From Spirogloea muscicola (Eukaryota), in the NCBI GenBank assembly GCA_009602725.1, contig WELB01000008.1, positions 307,355 to 371,354 on the forward strand: DNA of 64,000 nt, given 5' to 3'. Below are positions 19,701 through 32,663 of the stretch, in pieces. Position numbers and translations under genes: made by a program. Every line of letters starts with the position of its first letter. Position 1 is the stretch's first letter. The notes under the pieces were generated by a model, which was given only the letters and a program-made list of their open reading frames with translations, was not told where the DNA came from and did not search any database.

Positions 19701-20400
19701 ATGTCTTGGTCAATCCTTGCAAAAAGGACAGCTCCTAAAAAACCAAATCCTCAAACCCTCCGCTAACGACGCTAGGTAGCCAAAGCACGGCCACCCACTA
19801 TGAAGTGTCTCTTGGCAAAGCCAAACTGGCGTCTTCACTGCCACGGCAGCACAGGGCAAGTAAACCCCGGGGTGTTGCTGCTTGGGTTGTCATCTCCATC
19901 TTTAAAGCTTGGATGAGACTGTCAGCTACAGCCCAGAGAGATATAGCACAGACAAATAGCTGCAAAGCACCAACGGGCTTGCTACTAAAGTATACACCTC
20001 ACTCACACGCCCTGCTGCCCTAGGGCTCAGCTTTGGAGTTGTGCAGCTCGTGAAGTAGCAGGTGGAGCAATCTCAAACAGCCAAGGGGGGCTTTCAGGGC
20101 ACTGCTCACAAGGGGGCTCTTCTACCCTTCTGCTGATTCTACCCTGCCGCTGCTGCTCATAAGAGCCACCTGCTCTAACTGTGCTCTCAAGCCAAGACAG
20201 AAGCGCCAACTACTGGAAGACAAAAAGCTGGACGATAAAAGCACCAGCGGAAAATGTCAGCTTCGGTTAGTCCGAGACAATCAGCTGGCCTGAGAATTGC
20301 CGCGCACCTTGTTCCAGATGCCGTCGAAGACGTCGACGCCCTCCTGGACCTTTTTCAGCACACGGTCGATCTCGCCCTGCAGCTTGCGCGTAGAACCCAT
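13749..20400 (-). CDS. CNOT3: CCR4-NOT complex subunit 3 (NOT3/NOT5), multi-exon
   Basis: N-terminus [31 protein letters not shown], then [25 protein letters not shown] and [13 protein letters not shown]-box [35 protein letters not shown] and [21 protein letters not shown]. Middle low-complexity exons are approximate. Confidence 0.96.
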
Positions 20401-23039
20401 GGCGGCCGCCTACGCCCCACTGCTCCGCCACTCGCTGGTGCGCATCACCACATGGCGAGGCGCGTCCGAGCCCGCTTCCGCCTTCCCGTAAAGGCTTCTG
20501 AGCGGCCAGCGGCGGCCGTCCCTGCCGGCCGCTGCGGACCTGCACCTCACAGGCGTGACTGCTTGTCGTGCGACGGCAATTATGCCACGACGCTTCCTGG
20601 ACCTCCGTCCTGGCCTCCGGCACCGTCTTGTGGCGCGGCACAGGCGGCGGCGGCGGCGGCGGCGGCGGCTGTGCCCTGCGGCGCGGGTGAAGGTTAGATA
20701 GCTTTGTGACACCGTTTGGTGGGCAACAACTGGTCGTGAACAGGCAAGCGGCTGCGTGAACGGTGGGACAGGCAAGGTCACAACGTTGGAATTGCAGGCC
20801 GCTCCGGGGCCCCCCGCTTTGGCGACTCGCCAGTGTTGAATGTGATAACACGGTGAATCAGCACTTCTGGGCTTCGGTAAGCATCCGAATCAGCCTAGTG
20901 GGCCGTCTGAACGCTCCCTACGGAAAGGGGTGGCCCGACACATCGGGCTCGATTCCTATTTTTGGGTCTGGATCTGAGGCGAGCGGTGCTCCGGTGTGCC
21001 CTAGCTATGGCTGCCACTCTGTGAGTGAGGGCGGAGCCTGTGCTGTCTGTGTGACTGTGTGACTGAGTGAAGGCGGAGCCTGTGCTGTTTGTGTGACTTT
21101 GTGGCTGCTCTCTAATTGAGGTCGGAATCTGTGTGCCGCCATGAGCGGGTCTGCATCTAAAGCGCCGAGACGAGGGCGGTCTGCTGGTCCTTTGGCAGAA
21201 GGGAAATGTCCAGTTGAGGACTCTGATTGGAGGGGAAGCGCGGCCAGATTGACTGGTGGCTGGGAAAGGCCAGCCCAAGAGAATGGACAAAGTCTGAGGG
21301 AGCCTGATTGGAGGAGACAAGAAGCGGAGGCTGATAAACGTGAACGACAGGAGCCACTTCACGAGCAGCCAGAGCACGGAGATACTTAGCCAGGCCGCCG
21401 CACAAAATCTGGAATTTCTTCTGCTGGCACCCTCCAAGGCATTGGTCATCTCCATGACAAAGTGCAGTCAGGAAGGATACATAATCCTCCGAATGGCGCC
21501 AGCCAATATCATCGCAGTAGCCCATGCAGCGGCGACCATACTAGCTAGCCCGAGCTGATAGACAATCAAGAAAGAGTAAAGTAAGTCGAAGTCAATGACT
21601 ACAACTAGCAAGGTCTGATGCAGATTTTGCAGTCTTCCATTACCCTGCCCACACTGGATGTTTCCACACTACATCAACGCAGCTATCTGACGACCAGTGA
21701 GGACAGGTCAACAGGCTCGCAGGTCCTCGGACATTACCATTCCACTATTCAAGTGCATCTAGTGGTGCTCTTGCTCTTGTATGCGCCTTGTGGGGTTGCT
21801 GATCAAGCACCCTGTCATTCTATTGAGCTGGCTCCTTCCAGCAATATGAACTTTAAGGCAAGAATTCTGAATACACGATGTGTCTCATTTGTGAGGGCGT
21901 GGCCATTGAGCTTAATTGAGGGCCTCGTCTTCGTCTAGTGAGCTGGCCATCTCGCAGCCATCTCTTTTGTTTCAGAATGTCTGACTTCAGGCTGCTGCAT
22001 TGCAGCTAATGAGCCTGCGTAAGTCCAACACTGCTCACCATGCTTCACCAGAATCCTCTGCTGGAGCTGTGCTGCCCCAAAAGAATTCACATGCTAAATT
22101 TCGTGTCGGCCACCATGAGTTATTTGCCTCTTCTCGCCTTCTCTTGTGTCAAGATACAGTCTGGCAGTCCCCTTCTGGCACTCCTAATTGGGCTGGCCTT
22201 TCACAGCCACCACCCCTTCTTTGAGGAGCCTCTTCTTTTGTCAGCGCCTTCTTGGCAGAAGAAAGTGCTTCTTGGCAGAGCAAAAGAAATTGCTTTTCTG
22301 ACAAGGCAAAGAGCATTTTCTCCAGCCCGCCTTCATGCCACGCAAGTGCTTGCCGAGCCTCACCAGCAGGACATGCCGGGCCTTCGCAGTCCAGTGTTGC
22401 CTGCGAAGTAGTGGGTGATAAGTAGTCAAGCACTACTTTTGCCGAGAGTTCTGGGGCTACCCCTTAGCTTGTCATCCTTTCGGACTGGCTATTCACAGCC
22501 ACCCACTTAGAGCAACTACATGCGTTCCAACGCTTTCCGATACCGCTTTGCCTGAACGGTGTACTTGCTCCACTTGGCCTTCATAAGTTCATGCGCACAG
22601 TGTGCCATCACTTCGGACCTTGCTTGTTCTTTCTTGGGCTGGCACAACCCTCGTCCCCTTTCTTACATGTGCTTCTGCTTTTACAGCTCTTGACGCCTCA
22701 AAAGAGCCGCTTCTTCCTCCCTCCAATGGAAGAGTCTTCTTCTTCCTTCCAGTTTAGTCTGCCCTGGACTTTGCCTGAACAATGTATCGGCTTGAATTGG
22801 CCTCCATTTCATTTCATGCGCCCGCCGCGCCTTCTCACGGCGGCAACCCGGCATTTGAACCTTGGCTGCCGGTTCGCTTGAGCTTGGCTCCTCATGGCCC
22901 GCTTCGCCGCCTCTGGAGACCGTTACTCGTACCGTGTGTTCTTTGTTGCTTTCCCCATTGTTAACCGTACCGTGAAAACCCCCGAGAAATCCAATCCGCC
23001 AAAGTGCTCGGCCGAAGTTGCCGGGGCGCGACGGCGCGG

Positions 23040-23770
23040 CAGGAAGAAAATGCTAGCCCATTGAGGATAGGGGCTGGAAAAGCCAGCCAAAAAAGTATGA
23101 AGAGAGTACGAGAAGGGGGCCAGGAGAAGCGCTAAGAAAGACAAGCACACAAAGAAACAAAGCAGCTACGGATAACTCAGCAACCCCTGCTAAGGAGCCG
23201 CAGATCAGAGATGCTAGGCTCCTGGAAGTGGGTCTCCTGGCCAGAGCCAGAGGCAGCAGCTAGAGAAGAAAGTGCTCGCCCATTGAGAATAGGGGCTGGA
23301 ACAACCAGCCCGAAAAAGAATGAACAGAGTACGAGAAGGGGGCCAGGGGAAGCGCTAAGTAACAGAAACAAAGCTGCTACGAGACACTCAGTAACCCCTG
23401 GCTGGAAGCGAGGCTCTGCCGGCACGAAGGGCAGGGCAGTGCTCGGCGCGGGAGGCGAGAGCCGGGAATCACGCCGTAGTCAACGGCATGACCGCGCCAA
23501 GCCCGGGGAAGCGGTGCTCCGGCCTGCCGAGCGGAGATTGAAGGAAGGCCCGCTTCCTAAGCAGCTTAGATCGGGTCAGCGCCTCCGCAGCACGCCCCAT
23601 CGCCCTTTCGCCACAGCCAGCGGTGGGCGCCGCCATCGCGATACTGTACCTCGTACTACTGGGTTGCTCTGGGACCCATCTCGTCACATGCGCAACGTCA
23701 ATCCCATGAAACATAATTCCATCGCCATCAACTAAGTCAACTGTCGACCACGAACCTTGTCGTCTCAACC
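23040..23770 (-). mobile_element. Nest of CRE-like 3' ends (subfamily A inserted into an A-type ORF end)
   Basis: Contains the ISDLRLLSRGC* and ..RGY* ORF ends and two A-type UTRs. 23262-23397 is a near-exact reverse complement of 5192-5325. Confidence 0.7.
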
Positions 23771-24139
23771 TGCTTTGTGGCAGCGCCGGTGCAGTCGGAG
23801 GCGGCGTGGGCTGTCAGGCTAAACGACACGCCCGTTCGAGCCCGAGGTGGCTGGCGGGTAGCTAAAGGACAGGGGCTCTGTCGGCTCAGGGCCTGCATGC
23901 GCAACCGGGCGACAAGGCTCCAGTCACATCGTCAGCCTCACGGCACCACTTCATGGCCACCAACGTTGCAGTCGGGCGGCCATGGCGGCGGAAGGCCCAG
24001 CAGAAGGCGACGGGCCGCGCTGCAGGATGCGACAAGTGCTCGTACCGCTCGCCGCCTTACGTGACCTGTCGGCGCCATCGGGGCCAGAAGGCCAGGTAAG
24101 GTTGTGGCACGTCCAGGTTGGTAGGAGTAAGAGAACAAA

Positions 24140-25010
24140 GAAGCCGCGCGGTGCGCATGCAATAAAAGGTGGCCAATGCAAGCCAATACAGTGTTCAGGC
24201 AAAGTTGATGCTGAGAGTGCCACATAATCGATGCCCTGTGCTAAGGTGGTTAAGGAAACACTGTGACGTTTGTACCCACGGGTGAGCACGTACAAATTCG
24301 ACAGGCAAGCACACAGATGAGAGGCTCGAGGGCCTCCTGGTGAGAAGGCGCACGGTATGCGGCATTCATTGCAAGGGAAGGCCAGATCAAGCCGGTACAC
24401 AGTCAGGCAACAAGTGCAAATACTGGAAGAAGATCTTTCAATTGGGGCAATGGCTGTGAGAGGCCAGACCAAAAGGCATGAACAAAATCCGAACGGGCTG
24501 GGGCCAGAAAGCGCAACCTACGAAGCTACACACTTGACAACCACAGATGAGAGCTCAACATTCCCATTCAACGATCGGAAGTGCCAGCAGCCAAAGTGAA
24601 GCACCAGCTCTGCCAAAGAAGAGAAGCGCGGCCAGATTGACTGGTGGCTGGGAAAGGCCAGCCCAAAGGAATGGCCAAAGGGGCGAGGACTATGAAAGGG
24701 CCAAACTACAACATCATGAACAAGGTCCAGCGGGAAAAGCGTCACCCTGCCAATTCCCAGCGGAGCAGCCTAAGAACCTGCCTGCAAGTGCACAGCAGAT
24801 GTCTGAAACGCTGTGTTTGGAAATGCGCATATGGTATACCTGAGCAAGCGAGTTGACAGCGTTGAAGCCGGCATGCTCGATCTGCTGCCCTCGACATTGG
24901 CTTACTGCTCGTCGCGCCAGCCTCTGGAGTAGGGCAAGCCATCAGATCTCACATGTCGATCGCCAATTCGTCAGTCGTCATTGACAGGGAAATCTGCGTC
25001 AACATCTAAT
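24140..25010 (-). mobile_element. CRE-like relics (subfamily C end, B-type terminal motif, degenerate ORF end)
   Basis: LSNLYVLTRGY plus C-type UTR at 24140-24420; B-type motif at 24620-24680; WLALLQRLARRAVSQCRGQQIEHAGFNAVNSLAQVYHMR at about 24820-24940. Confidence 0.65.
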
Positions 25011-26429
25011 GCCCTTTTGCAAAGTCCAAATCTTTCAGACTATCAGGAGTGAAAGAAGGGGCAAGCCAGGCCCGTTGGTTGCTCGAGGTGGCCAGTCAGT
25101 GGCTTTGAATCCAAACCCTAAGCAAAATGCACAAGAGTCCAGGGGGAACGCGAGCTCCACCAAAGGTGCCCTTGAATTGGTGTTGGCGGCTTGCAAGACG
25201 AAGGTGCCAGGAGCGAAGTGTGGTGGCTGTGCATGCAGATGCACTTGTGAGGGATGGTCAGGACAGCAGCCAAGATATGGGCAGCGGCCCAGAAAATGAA
25301 TAGAGCTGGCGAGCAAATACTCATTCTTATTTCTGGCCAGCGTCATATCTTCCTCTTCTAATATGAGCATCCTGGTCCAGCAAAGCAAGAGCATTGGCCG
25401 GGACTCAGTGACCCCTCAAGCAGCCAAGTGTCACAGCGGCTGTGCATGGGCAGCCCGAAACCCTCGTACATAGAGGCCCCTTCTATGTACGAGGCGATAT
25501 TGACAAGCTTGGCGACCTTCGGGGTGGATGGTCGCTCATTTCTCGTTCAAGCAAAACGTGTTGAGCTGGGTTAGCATGTTGCCTATCGTTTAGGAAAGCT
25601 AGAATAGCAGAGCCCACACATATTTCACGAGGTGATGGATCCTTGCTAAATCATACATCTGCATAGTGAACAAACGCTTCAGAATGTGCTCATAGTCCGA
25701 AGGACATTCAGTCGCTGCAATCAATCAAATGATAGTGGTTTTCCCATGAGACTCTGTGCGTGATCACTTCGGCTTTCTGCAAGTAGTGGGGGACTTCGGC
25801 AGGCCTGCGGCAGCAGCGCCTGCGGCCGAGGACGGGGTGTTTGGTCGTCAAGCCAACTTGCTCCACGATAACGCTGCTTTCTTTGGAGTCGCCGGCTATG
25901 CTGCGCCGTACAATATGCATGCCGTGGCAGGGCGGACTTCAAAAGCAAGATGGCTTTACGCATCTTTCTTCAGATGTGCTTGCCTTTGTACTTAGCCATT
26001 TAGCCTTCGTTTGTTACAAATACACGTAACTTTTTTTTTTCGCAAGCGAGCGCTTCCCTCCTCAGACGCCGCCGTGCTGAAGGCTTCGCACGGACCAAAG
26101 AGATGGCACGCGGGGCGCAAGGGAAGTACGGGTGGACAAGCCGAGCTGGTTCATGCGGTGCTGTACTGAAGGGAGCGCTGGTTGTGGAAGGCCAGCATAT
26201 GAAGGCCAGCCCAGCTATTTCTTTTCATGAAAGAGTGGACAGAAGGGTCGAAGGGCCGATCAAAAGGCTGACACGGCTGCGCAAGTGGCACTTACGAATG
26301 GGTGCTTGGCAGCCCCGAGCCAACACTTAATGCAGAAGGCAGAGGAGGTGCAGCTTGAAGACGAGCCACACGCGCACGAGAGAGCAGCTTCTCCCAAGCG
26401 AGGTTCGAGGAAGTAAGCGCTTCCAAATG

Positions 26430-28149
26430 GGGCGAGGGCTGTCAGAGGCCAGCCCTAATGAGGAGTTTCAGAGAGCGGTATGTTCGTCAATTCTGGGCCG
26501 TCCGGCGCTTGCAGACTTTTTTCGTTCCTCCTCTCGCAATTTTTGCACTCGATTCTGGCTTAACAGTGTATTGGCTTGACTTGACCTCCCTTATTTTTCA
26601 AGCGCTCCGCGCGCCTTCTCTCTCACAGCCATTGCCGTAGATCGGAAGGGCAGCTGGAAGAGCTCTCTTTTGAAGGTATTGACAGCCTGAGGGGGCCGGA
26701 AAGTGCTAAATTCACAAACACATATATGTCAATGTCACTGGTGATCCTGCGAGCCCACGAAGGAGAGAGAAGGTCCAAGAGGGGAAGCGGGCTCTTCCAA
26801 AGAAGTGAGCTCTTCCGAAGGGGTGGAAAGAAAGCGCGGCCAGATTGACTGGTGGGTGGGAAGATGAGCTCGCCCATAGAAGAGAGGGGAAAGGCCAGCC
26901 CAAAGGAATGGACAAGGTCTGAGGGAGCCTGAGTGCGAACGACTAGGACTTAGGTGGAGGAGCTTGCGTGTGAAGTGATGGGGGGGCCATGTGTGGCCAA
27001 GTACCACAGCAAGCACATTGACAAATGTTACGTGGTAGAGTGCTGTGGGCCCTGTGCTGGCTTTTCCAGCCCCTATCCTCAATGGGCGCGCCCTTCCTTG
27101 AGAGCAGCCAGGCCGAATAAAATTGCTAAGGTCCAAAACGTGCTCTCGCATAGAAGGTAGGGGCTGGAAAAGGCCAGCCCATAAAGAAGTAAGGTCCAAA
27201 GAGCCGGAAGGCGCCTAAAGCTACGCAGCTAGACACGGGACGACTGCAGATGGAAGCTCATGGAAGCTTAGCTTTAGTAGCGGAAGTAACAACGAGTGAG
27301 CAGCAGCAGCTAAAAAGACTACGATGGAAGCCTATGGAAGCTTAGCTTTAGAAGCGGAAGTAACAACGAATGGACAAGGTCTGAGGGAGCCCGAGTGCGA
27401 GTTTCCTTCGGGCTGGCCTTTCCCAGCCACCAGTCAATCTGGCCGCGCTTCTTCCTGCAGCCGGGTCGCTGGCGCAAGTGTATCGCATGCGCTTGGCCGT
27501 CTCGCTGCAGAGGTCCATGGCCCGTGCGCTGCACCTTCGTGCCGGGAGAGCCCTCGCTGCTGCCTCTGGCTCTGTCCAGGGGACCCACTTCCAGGACCCT
27601 AGCCTCTCTGATTTGCGGCTGCTTAGCAGGGGTTACTGAGTAATTTGTAGCTGCTTTCTTTCTTTGTGTGCTTTGGTTTCTTAGCGCTTCCTCGACTCTG
27701 CCTGAACAATGTATTGGCTTGAATTGGCCTCCCTTTCAATTCATGCGCCCCGCGCGCCTTCTCTCTTCCTCTGGCTTCCTCTGGCTTCTTCCGGCTTCCG
27801 CAAATCAAAGAAAACGAGTGAGCAGCTGTAGCTGGAAAAGACTACTACTACTCTTCCAGTAGAGGGGCGATGGCTGCGATTGGCCAGCCCAAAGGGGAAA
27901 CGAACGGAAGCACGGGAGGGGGGCGGGGGGCCGGCCNTTGGGGGGCCCCCCCACGGCGCCTCTGCCTTTCCTCTGGCTTGCGCAGCGGGGTTGCTCTTCC
28001 TCCCCTCAGCTCATCTGACTTCCTACTGCTGACACGGGGGGTATTTTCGGGCGCCCTGTCTGCCTAGCCTTTGGCTCCGTCATGAACACCTGTATGCATC
28101 TGGCTGGCATTTCACAGCCGAGTCTTTCACATCAGCAGCCGCTTTCTTT
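26430..28149. mobile_element. Dense nest of CRE-like 3' ends, subfamilies A-E, in both orientations
   Basis: B motif at 26830-26950 (-) with a 24-nt insert; A-type motifs at 27050-27200; B then an A-type ORF end (SLSDLRLLSRGY*) at 27410-27690, followed by a C end; E copy at 27970-28149. Confidence 0.7.
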
Positions 28150-28244
28150 CCCGCGCCCCCCCCAAGATCTGCGCTCGCCCACCGCTACGCCCCACCGGCC
28201 CCCACCAGCCCCACCAGCCCCAGCAGCTACCGATCGCCGCCAGC

Positions 28245-31200
28245 ATGGCCGCCGCCGCCATGGCCGCCGCCGTGGCGCTATTGGCGTTCGCCGCCGTCGT
28301 CGCCGCCGTCCCGACGAGCGGCAGCAACGGTCTGGCGGCCCTCCGAGGAGATGGCGGGCTGGCGCCGGTGCGGCGGCGGCTGCTGCAGAGCTCGTGAGCG
28401 CGCCCCCCGGGTGGCCTGCATTGCCCCATTGCTGAGCCCGTTGCCTTCTCGAGAGCTGGATCCGCGGAGCTAGGCGACATCCGAGCTCTGTGCTGGCACC
28501 GCCTCCGAGCTCCGCCAGCCCTCGTCTCTGACCAGCTGGGCCGAGCCCAGCTGGGCCGTGTCCTCGTCTGGCGACTGATGGTTCTGCGCATGGAGATCCT
28601 AGCTGGTGGCGGCAATGCTGGCCCCTAGGCCCCATCTGGCGGCCCAGCCACTGCAGCTCGCTCGCCCGGCAGTAAGCCTGATCGCCCGCCCGTCTTGGCT
28701 TTGCAGAAGCGCGCTGTCGGCCATCGACGGCATCTCGCAGGCGTGGCACGAGCTCCTGATCGCCCAGTACTGGGCGCAGGGCGGTCCCGGCCCCTGCGTC
28801 GCCCAGCTGCAGGCGGCCATGGATGCGCTCACGCGTGCCCGCGTCCTCGCCCAGACTGGCCAGGGCTACGCCGCCGCCACCCAGGCGCTCAATGCCAAGG
28901 GCACGGACGAGGTGAGGGCCGATCAGCTTGTCCCAACTTGCCACTGTGGGCCCGGTGACGGAGCTCTTATGCCGGCCACCAGAGCCAGCTGAATGCGGTG
29001 ACCACCTGGTGGATGATACTGAGAGCGGCCGCCGACCTCCAAGTCTATATACCATAGCAGGCTCGCGCAGACTGTGGTACATTGAGCACAAGACTGGCCT
29101 AAGTCTCCTCCCCTCCTCTGACCCCCCGCTGTGCCGCTGCAAATACGATGCAGAGCTGCCACTACGACATCCTGTCAAATGGCTACACGTATTACCAGGT
29201 GGAGCGCGTGAAGTCAAGCCTGGTAGCTGCCAATGCCCTCCTGGGCACTGCTGCAGCCATCCTTCAGCAGCCGGACGCCAACAGTGGCGCCGCAGTCCAA
29301 AGTGGCGGCAGCTCCCCAGGAGCTGTGACGACGGCCACAACGGCTGAGCCCGCTTCTTCGCCACCGCCCACGGTGGTGATCTCTACACCCACCACAGGGG
29401 CTACCTTCAACGTACAGAGCTATGGTGCCAAGGGCGACGGCCAGTCAAACGACGCCAGCGCCGTCCTTGCAGCGATGCAGGTCAGTCACCACCTTTTCTT
29501 GCAGACTGGTGAATGAATAATCTGAAGCGTCCCTCCCTAGCCACATTATGCACCTCTGGCAAGCAGCTTGCATAAGTAGGCTGACCTTAACCACGTGCAC
29601 GCAGGCGGCGTGCTCGGCCTCGGGTGGAGGCACGGTCCTGTTCCCCGGCAGTGGAGACTTTCTTATCTCAGGCATTGACTTCAGTGGTCCCTGTTCTGGC
29701 CCCCTCACCATCCTGGTATGCAATGCCCTCTCTGCAAGAACGTGGTTTCATGCGCCTCTTCCTTTAAATGCACGGCATTCCCTATTTTCTGTGGTGAACT
29801 TTCTTGTTTGTCTTGACCTGACTCGTAGGAGCATGTATCACACGGGTTTTGTGGTGTGGCTGGTCTGACTGATGTCAAGCTCGCCTCTGCTTGATACAGG
29901 TGGATGGTACAATTCTGGCCCCGCAGCAGCCCTCAAGCTGGCCTCAGCCGCTACCCCAGGCCCTTATCCAGATTAACTACGTCGACAATCTGTCCATTGT
30001 CGGGCCAGGCACGATTGATGGGCAAGGGCAGGTGTGGTGGCAGGAGTACGGTCTCGGCAGCCGGCCGCACCTGGTCATGGTCAACCAGGCCAAGAATCTC
30101 CAGATCAAGGGCGTGACTATCCAGAACAGCCCCTGGTTCCACCTCTTTATGTCCTACTGGTGAGCAGGCTTGAGCAGGCTGAGCCCTTCTGTTCCAGGTG
30201 TTGATTCTGCTGCCCAGCAGCCCTGCACCAGCCCTCAACATAGTGATCCCTGACACTGACCTTCTGGAATCAATGACTACATGAGGCCAACTGTCCCTGC
30301 ATACGCATCAAGTGAAGCGAAATCCTGCATGGCGGGTGCACTGTCATGCGGATGTCGAATGTTGAAGGAGCCAACAGATCCAAGGCAAGATTCGCGACAA
30401 GGGTCTAACTGATACGCAATCCTTCTATCTTGAGCGCAGCCAAGGTGTGGTGATTGACGGCATTGAGATCCTTGCTCCTGCGGACTCGCCCAACACAGAT
30501 GGCATTCACGTCGGGTATGTCAGTGACGTGCTTATCAACAACGCCCATATCGACAACGGGGATGACTGCGTATCCATTGCCACCGGCACCTCAAAGATCT
30601 CCATCACCAACATGTATTGTGCTCACGGACACGGCGTGAGGTGAGGCAGTCTCCCAAGAGTAAGCAGGCATGAATTGTTCTTCATGTATATTGCTGTGGA
30701 GGTTCGACGGTGTATCAGCAGCATGTAGATAGTGCCACATGAGATTTACCACAGAAGTAGCACTTCTCCTTTGTAGAACACGGCAGCTGAAATGGAGAGC
30801 TTGGACGAGTTCTGACGACACTGTGTGTGCCCATTTCCAGCATTGGGAGCCTGGGGAGGGATCAAAGCTCCGCCTGTGTCAACGGTGTCACCGTGAGTGA
30901 TTGCACCTTCAGCGCTACTCAGAATGGTGCCCGCATCAAAACCTGGTCAGGGGCCAAGGGCACCGTTCAGAATGTGGTCTTCAAAGACCTCACAATGATC
31001 AATGCCGCCAACCCGATCATCATTGATCAGAACTACTGTGACAGCAACCAGGTGATGCATCTTCCTCTTCAGAGTATACATTGTTGCTCATACAGCCAAG
31101 AACTGTAGCTTGCTAGTTGAAAGTTGATAAGAAGGGTAGGGCAGCTGTGCTGGGCTCATTGTCAAGTAACAGGTGCAGAGAGAATAGAGGATGGGTCTGG

Positions 31201-31774
31201 AAAGGGATCCTGAAAAGGCTGTGCTGATGACATCCACTCGTTACTTGGTCAGGGGGGCTGTGGCAGCTCATCGTCTAGCAGCCTCCAGCTTTCCAACATC
31301 CAAGTGTCCAACATCCACGGCACTGTTGTGCCTTTCAACAACTACGCTGGGATCACCGTGGAGTGTGCCTCTGGGACTCCTTGCTCGGGAGTCTCCATCA
31401 GCGTAAGCAAAATCGTCATTCGCTTGTCTCGTGAGATAGTAAGATGCTCATACTGTCATGCCTTGCATGAATTGGCATTCACTTGACCATCAAAGGCCAT
31501 GTTTTGCCAGCGTAACGTGTGGCTGCTGAAATCAGCAACTGCAAGTGTTTTACAGCTATCAGCAACTGATGTTAGTGAATGTGAGCAGTTTGACTGACGT
31601 GGAACATTGCTGGGAATTTGCCCTGTGCAGGACATTGCTCTGACAGTCGCTGGCTCGGGCGCTCCATCTTCAATCCTATGTACTGCAGCCTATGGCTCTC
31701 AGGACGGGTCTGTTGGCCCCTGCGTGCAGGGCGGAGGATACATTCCAGCCAACCAGGCTTGTCCCATCCCATAA
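28245..31774 (+). CDS. Secreted GH28 polygalacturonase with N-terminal PMEI-like helical domain and S/T/P linker
   Basis: Signal peptide MAAAAMAAAVALLAFAAVVAA and RRRLLQ motif. FNVQSYGAKGDG plus all four polygalacturonase motifs: SPNTDG, GDDC, CAHGHGVSIGSLG, RIKTW. Exon phases are consistent (28245-28393, 28707-28911, 29154-29480 ...). Stop TAA at 31772-31774. Confidence 0.93.
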
Positions 31775-32663
31775 AATTAGCCTCCACTTACGGACCCGAG
31801 TACTAGCCAGTGAAAGGTGGAGCCAATTGCTCTTAGTGTAATATTAAAGCCTGCAAAGGAGGATTTAGCTAGGACTTTCTTCTCTGGCTGTGCTGACTTC
31901 CTTAGGAGGGAAGCCTCTGCTGCATAAGTAGAGGGTTAGGTCAGCTGTACGCTTCACTTCTTTAGCCGGGAGGCCTACCGTAGGAGAAGAGCGGGAAACC
32001 AACCGGTGGCCGTCTCATTCACAGTCTACCACCAGATGAGTGTAGCAGGTTAAATGAGTGAGTTGAGCCGCCACGTGTAATCGCGGAGGGGTGAGCAAGT
32101 AGGATATAAGACTATCATGTAGGATGTTCACGTAGATGCAGTTGAGGTTGTGCTCAGACGGTGGTATTACCGTCTCACTTAAGAGTGTACACTAGGTCAT
32201 GTACTTCACATCTTGATGACCTCCAATTGGTCATGCTCATTTTTGTTCCAACAGCACTGCATGCTTCAACTATGGCCAATATGCAATGTACAATCATCTT
32301 AATTCACAGCACCATCTGTTCACTTCTCTGAACCACATGAACCACAAGGTCAACCTGTGGGCCTCAGAATTGCGCGTACAGTACAACTGGCAGCTCCAAA
32401 TACGTACCAGTCAGCTCATTTGCTGGACCAGCATACATGAGCTGTAATGTTAGCCAGATAGTTCCCTCCACATAGGTAGGCCGGGGGGCAAAAGCACGAG
32501 TAACTCTGGTAGATTGCCTGTAAGGAGATGCCATTGACATTAATAAGCACTACGTGAAGTGGAGTTCTGGACCACAAGATCGTCTCAGTATTACGTATGT
32601 GTATCATGATGTCCTACTTGTACACTGAAAGCAAGAGTATGTCTGTGTCTGGTACTATGCAGG

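Noticed and set aside
27250..27372. ~74-bp tandem duplication (and a ~41-bp one at 21023-21098)
   Set aside because: Two-copy local duplications inside TE debris with no sign of function.
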